Assembly: GCA_963734535.1 (NCBI GenBank)
Contig: CAVTHS010000003.1
Coordinates: 128,001 to 192,000 of the forward strand
DNA: 64,000 nucleotides
DNA from: an uncultured Chloroflexia bacterium
GTDB taxonomy: Bacteria > Chloroflexota > Limnocylindria > Limnocylindrales > CSP1-4
Direction: 5' to 3'
Under the pieces are notes generated by a model. That model was given only the letters and a program-made list of their open reading frames with translations, searched no databases and had not been told where the DNA came from. The translations under genes and the position numbers were made by a program. Positions 23,498 through 33,429 of this stretch are shown here, one piece after another. Every line of letters begins with the position of its first letter. The stretch's first letter is position 1.

Positions 23498-25077
23498 GCG
23501 GAATCGCCGAGCTCGACGCCCCAGATGTCGAGAACTCCGTCCATTGCCCGGATCCGGTCGGCGACGTCGTCCGGTACGGCCTCGTCGAGGGCGAGGAGCA
23601 TGAACGCGTCGCTCCGCGGGGCGGAGCGACCGAGGTGCATGGCGCTGATGTTGATATCCGCCTCTCCGAGCAGGATCCCGATCCGTCCCATCATGCCCGG
23701 ACGATCCTGGTGGCGCGTCACGAGCATCCACGGCGCCGGGGCCATCTCCACCTCGTAGTCGTCGAGGCGGACGAGCCGCTGCTCGCCGTTCGCGAGCGTG
23801 CCCGCGACCGCATGCGGGGAACCATCCGCGATCCCGCTGACCGTCACGAGCGTTGCGAACGCACCTGCGTCAGGCGTCTTGCGCTCGACGAGGGTGATCC
23901 CGCGGGCCTTCGCGAGGTGCGCGGCGTTGACGAGGTTGACCCGCTCCGTGGTGGTGCCGTCCAGCAGGCCGCGCAGCACCGCCGCCTGGAGAGGCGTCAC
24001 GTCGTGGGCGGCCAGCTCGCCGGCGACCTCGAGCGTGAGCGTCTCGACGGCGCCGCGTGCGAACTGCGCGTAGAAGCGACCCAGGGTCTCCGCGAGCGAG
24101 AGGTACGGCGCGATGGCCCGCGCGGTCTCCGGCGTCAGGAGGGGGGCGTTCACCGCGTAGCGCGCCGGGCGGCCGTCCAGCACGTCGAGGACCTGCTGCG
24201 AAGCCTCCTCTGCCACGAGCACCTGGGCCTCGGCGGTCGACGCGCCGAGATGCGGCGTGAGGACCGTGTTTGGCGCCTCGAGGAGCGGGTTGCCCGTCGG
24301 GGGCTCCGCGGTGTACACGTCGATGCCGGCGCCCGCGATCGTACCCGCGTGGAGGGCCGCCGCCAGCGCCGCCTCGTCGACCACCGCGCCACGGGCGACG
24401 TTGAGGAGGAAGGCCGACGGCTTCATCCGGGCCAGCTCGGCCTCGCCGATCAGGCCCCTGGTTGTCTTCGTGACCGGAACGTGGACGGTGACCGCGTCGG
24501 AGCGCTCGAGGAGCTCCTCGAACGCGACGAGCTCGATTCCGTGGCGCGCCGCCTGCTCGACTGAGACGAAGGGGTCGCTGCCGATCACGATCATCTCGAG
24601 GCCCCGCGCGCGGTCGGCGATCGCCTGGCCGATCTTCCCGAGGCCCACGATCCCGAGCGTCTTTCCGCGCAGCTCGTTCCCGGAGAACGCGCTGCGCTTC
24701 CACTCGCCGCGCCGCATCGAGGCATCCGCCGCGGCGACCTTGCGGGCCAGCGCGAACAGGAGGGCCAATGTCAGCTCGGCCGCCGCGATCGTGTTGCCGG
24801 TCGGCGCGTTCACGACCGTGATCCCGGCGCGCGTCGCCGCGTCGAGGTCCACGTTGTCCACGCCCACGCCGGCCCGGCCGATCACCGTCAGGCGGGTGCC
24901 CGCCGCGATCATGTCCGCATCCACCTTTACCTGGCTGCGGACCACGAGGGCGTCGTATTCGGGCAGGATCGCCCGGTAGGCCTCCGGCGTGAGGCCCACC
25001 TTCTCGTCGACGTCGTGGTGCCGACGGAGGATCTCGATCCCCTCCTTGGCGAGGGGCTCCGCGACCAGGATCCTCAT
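23494..25077 (-). CDS. serA: D-3-phosphoglycerate dehydrogenase (with ASB/ACT domains)
   Basis: 'RAGVGVDNVD', GxGxIG, 'NVARG', 'TPHLGASTAEAQ', C-terminal 'DRPG' ACT. Confidence 0.95.
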   Translation of the reverse strand: MRILVAEPLAKEGIEILRRHHDVDEKVGLTPEAYRAILPEYDALVVRSQVKVDADMIAAGTRLTVIGRAGVGVDNVDLDAATRAGITVVNAPTGNTIAAAELTLALLFALARKVAAADASMRRGEWKRSAFSGNELRGKTLGIVGLGKIGQAIADRARGLEMIVIGSDPFVSVEQAARHGIELVAFEELLERSDAVTVHVPVTKTTRGLIGEAELARMKPSAFLLNVARGAVVDEAALAAALHAGTIAGAGIDVYTAEPPTGNPLLEAPNTVLTPHLGASTAEAQVLVAEEASQQVLDVLDGRPARYAVNAPLLTPETARAIAPYLSLAETLGRFYAQFARGAVETLTLEVAGELAAHDVTPLQAAVLRGLLDGTTTERVNLVNAAHLAKARGITLVERKTPDAGAFATLVTVSGIADGSPHAVAGTLANGEQRLVRLDDYEVEMAPAPWMLVTRHQDRPGMMGRIGILLGEADINISAMHLGRSAPRSDAFMLLALDEAVPDDVADRIRAMDGVLDIWGVELGDSA

Positions 25078-26261
25078 GCCGGGACCCCGGCCGTCGCGGG
25101 ACGGGCACCGACCGAGGCGACGACGGCGCGCTGGGCTGCGGCGACGGCCGCGCCCGGTTCCACGGGCCGCCCGAACGCGAGGGCGACCTCCTCGAGGACG
25201 CCGATCGCTCCGAGGATGTCGTCCAGGTTGACCGCCCCGAGGTGGCCGACCCGGAAGATCCTGCCCTTCAGCTTGCCCTGGCCCCCGGCAAGGACGACCT
25301 GGCGCGCCTTCACCTCGCCGTTGAATGCCTTCCAGTCGAGGTCATCCGGGACCCAGGCCGCCGTCACCGTGTTCGAGGCGTACGCCGGGTCTGCCAGGAG
25401 CCGGAACCCGAGCGCCTCGAGCCCGGCCCGCGTGGCCGCGGCGCAGGCAGCGTGGCGTGCGAAGACCCCGGCCGGCGTCTCGGCCTCCATCAGCTCGAGG
25501 CCGGCGTCGACCTGGTACATGACGGCGACCGCAGGCGTCCAGGGCGTCTGGCCAGTGGCTGCCGACTTCCGCGCCTCGCGAATGTCGAAGTAGAAGCGCG
25601 GCATCCGAGCGGATGCGGCGGCGGCCCAGGCCCGCTCCGAGAGGGCGATCATCGACATCCCGGGCGCGGCCATCCATGCCTTCTGGGAGCCGGTCACGAC
25701 CACGTCCAGGCCCCACGCGTCCATCTCGAAGGGGACCGCGCCGAGTGCCGAGACACCGTCCACGAGGAGGAGCGCGTCGGGTGCCAGCTCGCGGACGACG
25801 GCGGCGAGCGCTTCGATCGGGTTCGTCACGCCGGTCGAGGTCTCGTTGTGGGTCAGCAGCACCGCCCGGTAGCCGGCGTCGGCCGCGAGGTGGGCCCGCA
25901 GGGCGGCCGGATCGGCGGCCATGCCCCACTCGGTCTCGAGGCGGGTGACGTCGGCGCCGTAGACGCTGGCGATCTTCGCGAAGCGATCGCCGAACGCGCC
26001 GGTCGGGACGGCAAGCACGCGATCGGCGGGGGAAAGGACGTTGACGATGGCTGCCTCCAGCCCGCCCGTCCCTGCCGCCGTCAGGAGGAGCACCTCCTGC
26101 TCGGTACCGAAGAAGACCCGCATGCGGCGGTCGATCCGGGCGAGCAGGGCCGCGAACTCGGGGCCGCGGTGGTTGATCATCTGGCGGCCGCCGGCCTCGC
26201 GCACCGATGGCGGCAGGTGGGTCGGGCCGGGGATCCGGAGGTTGGGCTCGAATCGGTACAC
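25074..26261 (-). CDS. Class V aminotransferase (alanine/serine-glyoxylate type; candidate phosphoserine aminotransferase)
   Basis: 'IPGPT', 'HNETSTG', 'VDGVS', 'GSQKA' PLP lysine; translationally coupled to serA. Confidence 0.9.
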   Translation of the reverse strand: MYRFEPNLRIPGPTHLPPSVREAGGRQMINHRGPEFAALLARIDRRMRVFFGTEQEVLLLTAAGTGGLEAAIVNVLSPADRVLAVPTGAFGDRFAKIASVYGADVTRLETEWGMAADPAALRAHLAADAGYRAVLLTHNETSTGVTNPIEALAAVVRELAPDALLLVDGVSALGAVPFEMDAWGLDVVVTGSQKAWMAAPGMSMIALSERAWAAAASARMPRFYFDIREARKSAATGQTPWTPAVAVMYQVDAGLELMEAETPAGVFARHAACAAATRAGLEALGFRLLADPAYASNTVTAAWVPDDLDWKAFNGEVKARQVVLAGGQGKLKGRIFRVGHLGAVNLDDILGAIGVLEEVALAFGRPVEPGAAVAAAQRAVVASVGARPATAGVPA

Positions 26262-26368
26262 GGCGGGGGCCTCCTTGTCGGGCGGTCGATCGCGGCCGTC
26301 CGCGCCCGGGGGCGCGCACGAGCTTGCTTGAGGGTAGGGGAGGGGGGCCGGGCCGTCCAGTGTGGTAT

Positions 26369-26382
26369 ATATGCGCGCATAT
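26369..26382. promoter_or_regulatory. Palindromic operator candidate for vapBC autorepression
   Basis: Perfect 14-bp palindrome ATATGCGCGCATAT overlapping an AT-rich promoter zone and the antitoxin start codon. Confidence 0.55.
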
Positions 26383-26641
26383 GCCTGCCTTGAAGCGGAC
26401 CACGATCCTGGCCGAGCCCGACCTCCTCGACCGGCTCGACCGTTACGCGCGCCGCACCCGATCCACGAAGACGGCCGTCATTGGCGCGGCCCTCGAGGCC
26501 TACCTGTCCTCCCGCGAGGATGTACCCGTGCTCGCGTTCATCGGGGTCGGGCGGAGCACCCACGGCCGCCTCTCGCTCGATGCCCGCCGGATCGCCGCTC
26601 GCGAGGTCGGGACGCGGCGGCGTGCCGACGGCAGCGGCTGA
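26381..26641 (+). CDS. vapB: Ribbon-helix-helix (CopG) antitoxin, VapB-like
   Basis: 'KRTTILAEPDLLDRLDRYARR..STKTAVIGAALEAYL' RHH pattern, immediately upstream of a PIN gene. Confidence 0.75.
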   Translation: MPALKRTTILAEPDLLDRLDRYARRTRSTKTAVIGAALEAYLSSREDVPVLAFIGVGRSTHGRLSLDARRIAAREVGTRRRADGSG

Positions 26642-26645
26642 CCCG

Positions 26646-27068
26646 ATGGCCGTGTTGCTGGACGTGTCGGCAATCGTCGCGGCGGCCGACACGGCGGACC
26701 TCAATCACGCGGCAGCGAAGGCCTGGTTCGGGCACATCGACGAGCCCCTCCTGGTCGGCGCGCTCTCGCTCGGCGAGGCCGATCACGTCCTGCAGCGCGA
26801 GCTGGGGCAGCCCGCGACGCTCGCGCTCCTCGAGGCGCTGACGAGCGGCGCCATCCGGGTGGTCGCGCCGACCGACGCGGACCTCGTCAGCGCCGCTGTG
26901 CTCCTGGTCGAGCATGCCGAGCACCACCCGCGGTTGTCGGATGCGCTCCTCGTCGCGGCCGCCGCCCGGCTCGGCGTGCGGCGGATCGCGACATTCGACC
27001 GGCGGCCGCTGGCGGTGCTGTCGCCGCGCACCTCGCGCGGCGAGCGGCTCCTGGACCTGGAGCCGTAG
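26646..27068 (+). CDS. vapC: PIN-domain toxin, VapC-like
   Basis: 'VLLDVSAIVA', conserved E, 'LSDA', 'IATFDRR'. Confidence 0.85.
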   Translation: MAVLLDVSAIVAAADTADLNHAAAKAWFGHIDEPLLVGALSLGEADHVLQRELGQPATLALLEALTSGAIRVVAPTDADLVSAAVLLVEHAEHHPRLSDALLVAAAARLGVRRIATFDRRPLAVLSPRTSRGERLLDLEP

Positions 27069-27218
27069 CGATCACGGATGCGATGACCGGCGCGTGACGG
27101 CAGCAGCCCTGCGTCCAATGTGGCGGCCGCCCAACGTGACCCGGCCAGCGCTCAATGGGCGGCCCGACGAATGGCGCGACGCCGCCGGCGCGGCCCGGCG
27201 GTCCACGAGGCGGTCGCG

Positions 27219-28611
27219 CTAGCCGTTCGTCCCGGGCGGTCGGTCCCTGCGGACCCTCCGGGCGGTCATCCGCGCCTTGATGCCGGCCTCGGCGCCCTGA
27301 TCGGACGGCTGGTACCAGCCGCCCGCCATGCCGCGCGGCAGATACGCCTGGTCGGCAGCGCCATCAGCTTCGTCGTGCGGGTTGCGGTAGGTCTTCGCGG
27401 CCGGGCGGAGGTGCCCGGGGACCGGGCGCGGCCCGCGTGACCGCAGCTCGTCGCGCGCGGCGAAGAAGGCCCGGCTGGACGCCGCGGACTTGGGAGAGGC
27501 AGCGAGGAAGGCGGCCGCCTGCGCCAGCGCGTAGAGGCCCTCGTCGTTCGTCTCCGCTCCGATCTTCTCGACCGCGGTGAGCGCCGCGACGGCGAGCGGC
27601 AGCCCCGCAGGATCCGCGTTCCCGACATCCTCCGATGCCGAGATCACGAGCCGGCGCGCGAGGTATCTCGGGTCCTCGCCGGACTCGAGCGCCGTGGCGA
27701 GCCACCACAGGGCTGCGTCGGGGTCCGAGCCGCGGACGCTCTTGATGAGCGCGCTGACGACGCCCGACCGGTCGTAGCCGAGCATCGGGGTCTGTGCCGC
27801 CCGGGCGACGTCGGCGGACTCGACGACGAGGGGACGAGCGATGCCATTGGTCTCGTCGGCCGCCTCGTCGACGCCGGCAACGCGATCGACCGCGCTCGCC
27901 ACGTCCACCGCCCGCCGTTCGGCGAGCGCGGCGGCCGTCTCCAGGAGCCCGAGCATCCGGCGCGCGTCGCCCGACGCGTACCCGACGAGCTGTCGCTCCG
28001 CGGCCTCGTCGAGCGCGTACGCGCCCGCGAGCCCGACGCTCCGTATCGGCGAGCGCGCGCGCGGCGATCGTGGCGAGCTCCGCCTCGCCGAGCGGGTTGA
28101 GGCGGAAGACGCGGAGCCTCGAGAGGAGCGGCGGCGTGATCCCGCCCGCGATCGGCGGCTCCGTCGTTGCGCCCACGAGCACGATCGTGCCGGCTTCCAC
28201 GTGCGGGAGGAGCGCGTCCTGCTGCGCCTTGCTATAGCGGTGGACCTCGTCGAGGAAGACCACCGTCGTCCTGCCCTCCAGGGCCGCGGCGCTTCGTGCC
28301 TCTTCCACGACGCCACGCAGGGTCGCGACGCCGTCGGTCGTGGAGTTGAGCGGCGCAAAGCGCGCCCCGATCGCCTCCGCGAGGAGCCGGCCGATGGTGG
28401 TCTTCCCGGACCCGGGGGGACCCCACAGGATGCACGACGGGAGGCGGCCGCCCTCGACCAGGCGGCGCAGCGTGGCGCCGGGCCCCAGGAGGGCATCCTG
28501 GCCGACGACCTCGTCGAGGGCGCGCGGCCGCATCCGGTCGGCCAGGGGCCGCATGCCGTCCGGCGGCGAGAACAGGGGAACGGGCGCAGCTCCGGCCGCG
28601 CGGCGGGCCAC
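27219..28611 (-). CDS. rarA: Replication-associated recombination protein A (RarA/MgsA), frameshift near 28035
   Basis: 'PLADRMRP', 'GPPGSGKTT', 'FLDEVHR', 'GATTE' in one frame; 'SALIKSVRGSDPDAA', 'ASEDVG' in the next. One extra base joins them. Confidence 0.9.
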
Positions 28612-28654
28612 GAATTCGTGCTCCCGGGCCGCGGTCAGGCGACGGGCAGTCGGG

Positions 28655-29071
28655 TCAGACGACCCGGCCGACCCCGGCGATCTGGGCCAGGGCGAAGGCG
28701 ACGAACAGGAGCGCGAAGATCCCGACGAAGACGATCGCGATGCGGCGCAGGTCGCGCCGGACGTAGGTGTACTCGTCGGCGGCGACCATCGCGAGCGTGC
28801 TGACGGCGCGGCTGCGTCCCCGGGCCGGCACGTCCGCCGCGGCGCTGCGGCGACGATCACGAACCCGATCGAGCGACGCGCTTGCCTGGCGCTCCTCGTC
28901 GACGATGCGCGCCTCGATCTCGGCCGCGCGGGCCAGCTCGTCGTCGGTGAGCGTGCCGCTCGGACGCGGCGACACCGGGGCAGGGGAGAGCGCGGCGGAC
29001 GGTCGCCCGGACGGGCTCTTCGAGGGGGGCCGCTGGCCCGGTCGCGTGCTGCCGCGCTGGCGCTTCGCCAT
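28655..29071 (-). CDS. Hypothetical protein with C-terminal TM helix
   Basis: SD GGAGG; 'EYTYVRRDLRRIAIV' followed by a hydrophobic helix. Confidence 0.7.
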   Translation of the reverse strand: MAKRQRGSTRPGQRPPSKSPSGRPSAALSPAPVSPRPSGTLTDDELARAAEIEARIVDEERQASASLDRVRDRRRSAAADVPARGRSRAVSTLAMVAADEYTYVRRDLRRIAIVFVGIFALLFVAFALAQIAGVGRVV

Positions 29072-29243
29072 GCTGAGGTTGGCCTCCTGGATCCACCCGG
29101 CCACCCGGGTCCGGGCATGCTCGGACGGTGGCGCCCACGCGCCCGCCGACGCCGAAGGATAGCACCGCGGGCCGGTGGCGGGCCGGAGGGGGCGCCGGGT
29201 AAGCGGGCCCTGCTAGACTCGCGGGAGCCCCACCGGAGGACCC

Positions 29244-29753
29244 GTGAGCGATCTCAACACGCTCGTCAGCGCCAATATCGGCCCGATCGTCGGCCTCCTG
29301 GTGGTCGCCCTCGCGATCCTCGCCGGCGTGCTCGTGATCGTGGCCCGGCGTGCTCGTCGGCTCGAATCGCAGCTCTCCGCGCTCACCCGCGGGGACGACG
29401 GCGACAGCCTCGCCGACATCCTCGAGGCGCACCTCGACAAGGTCTACGCGGTGGCGCGCCGCCAGGACGAGCTCGACGGCCGCGCCGTGGCCCTCGAGGC
29501 ACGCGCCCGCCATACGCTCCAGGGCGTCAGCCTCGTCCGCTTCAACAACTTCGACGACACCGGCGGGAACCAGAGCTTCGCCCTTGCCGTGTCGGACCCG
29601 GAGGCCAACGGCGTGGTCATCTCCAGCCTGCACGCTCGTAACCAGACCCGCGTCTACGCGAAGGCCGTGGCCCGCGGCGTCGCCGAGGGCGCGCTGTCCG
29701 CGGAGGAGAGCAACGCGTTGCGCGAGGCGACCACCCGGGCGCTCGGTCGCTGA
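29244..29753 (+). CDS. DUF4446 family protein
   Basis: N-terminal TM, coiled coil, 'VRFNNFDDTGGNQSFALA', 'RVYAKAV', 'LSAEE'. Confidence 0.85.
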   Translation: MSDLNTLVSANIGPIVGLLVVALAILAGVLVIVARRARRLESQLSALTRGDDGDSLADILEAHLDKVYAVARRQDELDGRAVALEARARHTLQGVSLVRFNNFDDTGGNQSFALAVSDPEANGVVISSLHARNQTRVYAKAVARGVAEGALSAEESNALREATTRALGR

Positions 29754-29822
29754 CGGAGCGGACGTGGCCCGCCACGAACCCGCGGGTCCCGGGAGGGCGT
29801 CGATGACGCGCGGGGGCGCTCG

Positions 29823-32800
29823 ATGACCCGCGGGGTCCGGGCGGCCGGTGCACGTCGCGGCAGCGCGCCGCGCATGCCGAGGCGGCGCCGCGAGCCGGCG
29901 CAGCTCGAGCAGATCCCCGTCTGGCTCGAGCACGTCACCCCGCCACGGATAGCCGGCCCGGCGCCGGTGGCAACGGGCATCGAGGCCCTCCTTGCCCATC
30001 TCAATGCGCAGCAGCGTCGCGCCGTGACGCACGGCGACGGGCCGCTCCTGGTCGTGGCGGGTGCCGGGACCGGCAAGACGCAGGTCGTGACGCGGCGGAT
30101 CGCGTGGCTGATCGCCTCGAAGCGTGCGCGGCCGTCGGAGATCCTGGCCCTGACGTTCACGGACAAGGCCGCCGAGGAGATGCAGCTCCGGGTCGACCAG
30201 CTGGTTCCCTACGGCTTCACCGACACCCTGGTCGCGACCTTCCACTCGTTCGGGGACCGGCTGATCCGCGAGCACGCCCTGGAGCTGGGCCTGCCATCGG
30301 AGCCGCGGGTCCTCTCGCGCGCCGAGACCGTGATCTTCCTTCGCGAGCGCCTCTTCCGGCTGGAGCTGGACGCCTACCGGCCCCTGGGCAATCCGACCCG
30401 GTTCCTGGCTGCTCTCGCCGCGCTCTTCAGCCGCCTGAAGGACGAGGACATCGGCCCGGACGAGTACCGCGCCCATGCCGCGGCGCTGGCGGTCGTCGCC
30501 GAGCCGGTCGTGGATGCCGAGGGCGGACCCGCGCTGCGCGACGAGGCGCGACGGCACCTGGAGCTGGCCGCCGCCTACGAGCGCTACCAGGAGCTGCTCG
30601 TCGAGGCCGGCGCGATCGACTTCGGGGACCAGGTGCGCCTGGCGCTCACCCTCCTGCGCGAGCATCCAGCGGCACGACGCCGGGTCCAGGCGCGGTTCCG
30701 GTACGTCCTCGTCGACGAATTCCAGGATGTCAACCGGGCACAGGCCGAGCTGGTGGCGCTCATCGCTGAGCCCCATCGCAACATCACCGTGGTGGGCGAC
30801 GACGACCAGTCGATCTACCGGTTCCGCGGCGCGGCCACGGGCGCAATCGTCGATTTCCTGGAGCATTTCCGTGCCGCCAGGACGGTGGTGATGCGGCGCA
30901 ACTACCGTTCGCGCGCCCCGATCCTCGACGCGTCCTACCGCCTGATCAGGTTCAACGATCCGGACCGGCTGGAGGTCCAGCGCGGCATTGCCAAGCGGCT
31001 GGTCGCGCATCGCCGAACGGCGGGGTCGGCTCCGGTCCGCCAGGTCGCCTTTGCCACCGGAACGGACGAGGCGGACTGGGTGGCGTCCGATATCGAGCGG
31101 CGCATCCGGGCGGGGGCGGCCCCGCGGGACCACGCAATCCTCGTCCGGGCGAACGCCGACGCCGACGCGATCCTGCGCTCGCTGAACGTGGCCGGGATCG
31201 CCTGGCGCTTCTCGGGCGTCTCCGGCCTCTACAGCCGGGCGGAGGTGCGGCTGCTGCTGGCCTTCCTCCGGGCGATCGCGGACCCGCACAGCTCCGTCGA
31301 CGTCTTCGCGCTCGCCGCGTCCGAGCTGTACGGCTTCCCGGGCGACGACCTCGCCGCCATCACGAACCGCGCCCGGCGCACGAACCGCAGCCTCCGCGAG
31401 ACGCTCGAGGAGCTCGAGCGCCAGCCGGGCCTCCTCCGCCTGCTCCCCGAGACCCGGACATCGCTGGCCCGGCTGATCGCCGACCTGCGTCGCTACAGCG
31501 AGCTCGCGAACCGGCGCCCGGCTGGCGAAGTCCTCTACGAGTTCCTCAAGGAGTCCGGTTCACTTCGCCGCCTGGCCGAGGCCCGCACCCCCGCCGCGGA
31601 CGAGGCGCTGGGCAACGTGGCGCGGTTCTTCGAGATCATCCGCGCCCAGTCGGACCTCCTTGCCGACGACCGGGCCGTCTTCCTGGCGCCGCACCTGGAG
31701 ACGCTCATCGAGGCGGGCGACGACCCCGCCACGGCTGACCTCGACCCGGACGCGGACGCGGTGGCCGTCGTCACGATCCACAAGGCCAAGGGCCTCGAGT
31801 GGCCGGTCGTCTACCTCGTCGGGCTGGTGGACGGCCGCTTCCCGGCGCGCGGGCGGCGCGAGCAGCTCGCGGTTCCCGATGGCCTGCTCCGCGGCACGTT
31901 CCCGGTCGGCGACGCGCAGGTCCAGGAGGAGCGTCGGCTGTTCTACGTCGGCATGACGCGTGCACGCGATGAGCTGCTCCTGAGCCACGCCCTCGACTAC
32001 GGTGGGAAGCGCACGCGGCGCGTCTCGCCGTTCGTGCTCGAGGCGCTCGACCTGCCCGCGGGCGCGGAGCCGGCCACCCGTGCGATAGACCCGCTCGAGC
32101 GTCTCGGCTCGTTCGAGGCACCGGCCGTCCCCGAGCCGGTCCTCGCGGTCGGACGGCCGGGCGAGCCGCTCGTCCTGAGCTTCAACCAGGTCGACGCCTA
32201 CCTGACCTGCCCGCTCCGCTACAAGTACAGCCACGTCCTGCGCGTGCCCACGGCGCCGCACCACGCGATCGTGTATGGGTCCGCGCTCCATCTCGCGGTC
32301 CAGGAGTTCCACAAGCGACACGCACGGGGCGTGGTGATGAGCGAGGCCGAGCTGACCGCCGTCTTCGAGCAGGCGTGGACCACGGAGGGCTTCGTCTCCC
32401 GCGAGCACGAGGAGGCGCGCCTGGAGGCCGGCCGCGAGGCGCTCCGACGATTCCGCCGGAGCCAGCTGGAGCCGGGGGCGATCATCCCGGCGTGGGTCGA
32501 GCGAGAGTTCGCCTTCACGCTGGACGGCGACCGGGTGCGGGGCCGGATGGACCGCGTCGACCTGGTCCCGCTCGGGGAGCCGCCCGACGGTGACGGCCCC
32601 GGCAGTCCCGACTGGCGCGGGGCCGACGCGGTCGCCGACGCCGCCGACGTGGTCGAGCCGGCCCTGCCGCTCCTGCGCGAGCGCGTCGTGATCACCGACT
32701 ACAAGAGCTCGGACGTGCGCGACCCGGCCAAGGCGCGCGAGCGGGCACGGGACTCGCTCCAGCTCACGATCTACGCGATGGCGTGGCAGGCAGAGACCGG

Positions 32801-33011
32801 GCGTCTGCCGGATGCCGTGGCGCTCCATTTCCTCGATTCGGGGGTCGTCGGCACGGCCGGCGTCGACGCGGCGCGGATCGAGCGCGGAGTCGCCGACATC
32901 CGCGCGGCAGCGGCCGGCATCCGAGCAGGCCGGTTCGAGGCGAGCCCCTCGTACACGTCGTGCTCGTGGTGCGCGTACCGCGCCATCTGCCCGTCGAGCG
33001 TCGCGCGCTAG
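29823..33011 (+). CDS. UvrD/PcrA-type helicase fused to PD-(D/E)XK nuclease with 4-Cys motif (AdnAB/AddA-like); start could be 29874
   Basis: 'AGAGTGKT', 'VDEFQD', 'VGDDDQSIYRFRGA', 'TIHKAKGLE', 'EERRLFYVGMTRA'; nuclease part 'TCPLRY', 'GRMDRVD', 'TDYKS', 'QLTIYA', 'CSWCAYRAIC'. Confidence 0.92.
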   Translation: MTRGVRAAGARRGSAPRMPRRRREPAQLEQIPVWLEHVTPPRIAGPAPVATGIEALLAHLNAQQRRAVTHGDGPLLVVAGAGTGKTQVVTRRIAWLIASKRARPSEILALTFTDKAAEEMQLRVDQLVPYGFTDTLVATFHSFGDRLIREHALELGLPSEPRVLSRAETVIFLRERLFRLELDAYRPLGNPTRFLAALAALFSRLKDEDIGPDEYRAHAAALAVVAEPVVDAEGGPALRDEARRHLELAAAYERYQELLVEAGAIDFGDQVRLALTLLREHPAARRRVQARFRYVLVDEFQDVNRAQAELVALIAEPHRNITVVGDDDQSIYRFRGAATGAIVDFLEHFRAARTVVMRRNYRSRAPILDASYRLIRFNDPDRLEVQRGIAKRLVAHRRTAGSAPVRQVAFATGTDEADWVASDIERRIRAGAAPRDHAILVRANADADAILRSLNVAGIAWRFSGVSGLYSRAEVRLLLAFLRAIADPHSSVDVFALAASELYGFPGDDLAAITNRARRTNRSLRETLEELERQPGLLRLLPETRTSLARLIADLRRYSELANRRPAGEVLYEFLKESGSLRRLAEARTPAADEALGNVARFFEIIRAQSDLLADDRAVFLAPHLETLIEAGDDPATADLDPDADAVAVVTIHKAKGLEWPVVYLVGLVDGRFPARGRREQLAVPDGLLRGTFPVGDAQVQEERRLFYVGMTRARDELLLSHALDYGGKRTRRVSPFVLEALDLPAGAEPATRAIDPLERLGSFEAPAVPEPVLAVGRPGEPLVLSFNQVDAYLTCPLRYKYSHVLRVPTAPHHAIVYGSALHLAVQEFHKRHARGVVMSEAELTAVFEQAWTTEGFVSREHEEARLEAGREALRRFRRSQLEPGAIIPAWVEREFAFTLDGDRVRGRMDRVDLVPLGEPPDGDGPGSPDWRGADAVADAADVVEPALPLLRERVVITDYKSSDVRDPAKARERARDSLQLTIYAMAWQAETGRLPDAVALHFLDSGVVGTAGVDAARIERGVADIRAAAAGIRAGRFEASPSYTSCSWCAYRAICPSSVAR

Positions 33012-33020
33012 ACTCCCGGA

Positions 33021-33395
33021 GTGGAGGCACGGGACCGACTCGCCAACCTCGGGATCTTCGGGGCGGCGGCCGTCTCGTGGGTGCTCGTCGGACTCCTCGT
33101 CCTCACCCGCGACCCGCGCCAGGATCCCGCCGCCGGATTCGTCGGTGCCGCGCTGATGGGCCTCGCGATCGGGCTCACGACGGTCCCGCTCTTCTGGCTC
33201 GCGACGTTCGGACGGCACCGCCGGATCGCCTATCGGGGGGATTGGGTCCGCGCGGCGCGCCGCGGCCTGTGGGTGGGCCTCGTCACGGGCCTGTTCGTCG
33301 CCCTCCGCCTCCAGTCGATCCTGAGCCTGCCCATCGCCGTCTTCGTTGTCGTCCTCGTCGTGTTCGCCGAGCTCACGCTGTCGATCGAGCGCTGA
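33021..33395 (+). CDS. Small 4-TM hypothetical membrane protein
   Basis: Four hydrophobic segments. -10 TAGACT lies 6 nt before GTG (leaderless-like). Confidence 0.75.
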   Translation: MEARDRLANLGIFGAAAVSWVLVGLLVLTRDPRQDPAAGFVGAALMGLAIGLTTVPLFWLATFGRHRRIAYRGDWVRAARRGLWVGLVTGLFVALRLQSILSLPIAVFVVVLVVFAELTLSIER

Positions 33396-33429
33396 GCGTG
33401 GCTCCTCGCTTCCCATCCTGGAGGTCCGC

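Noticed and set aside
27219-28611. rarA (and mrfA-like, dipeptidase) as true pseudogenes
   Set aside because: Each has a single indel with all motifs intact, so sequencing or consensus error is more likely.
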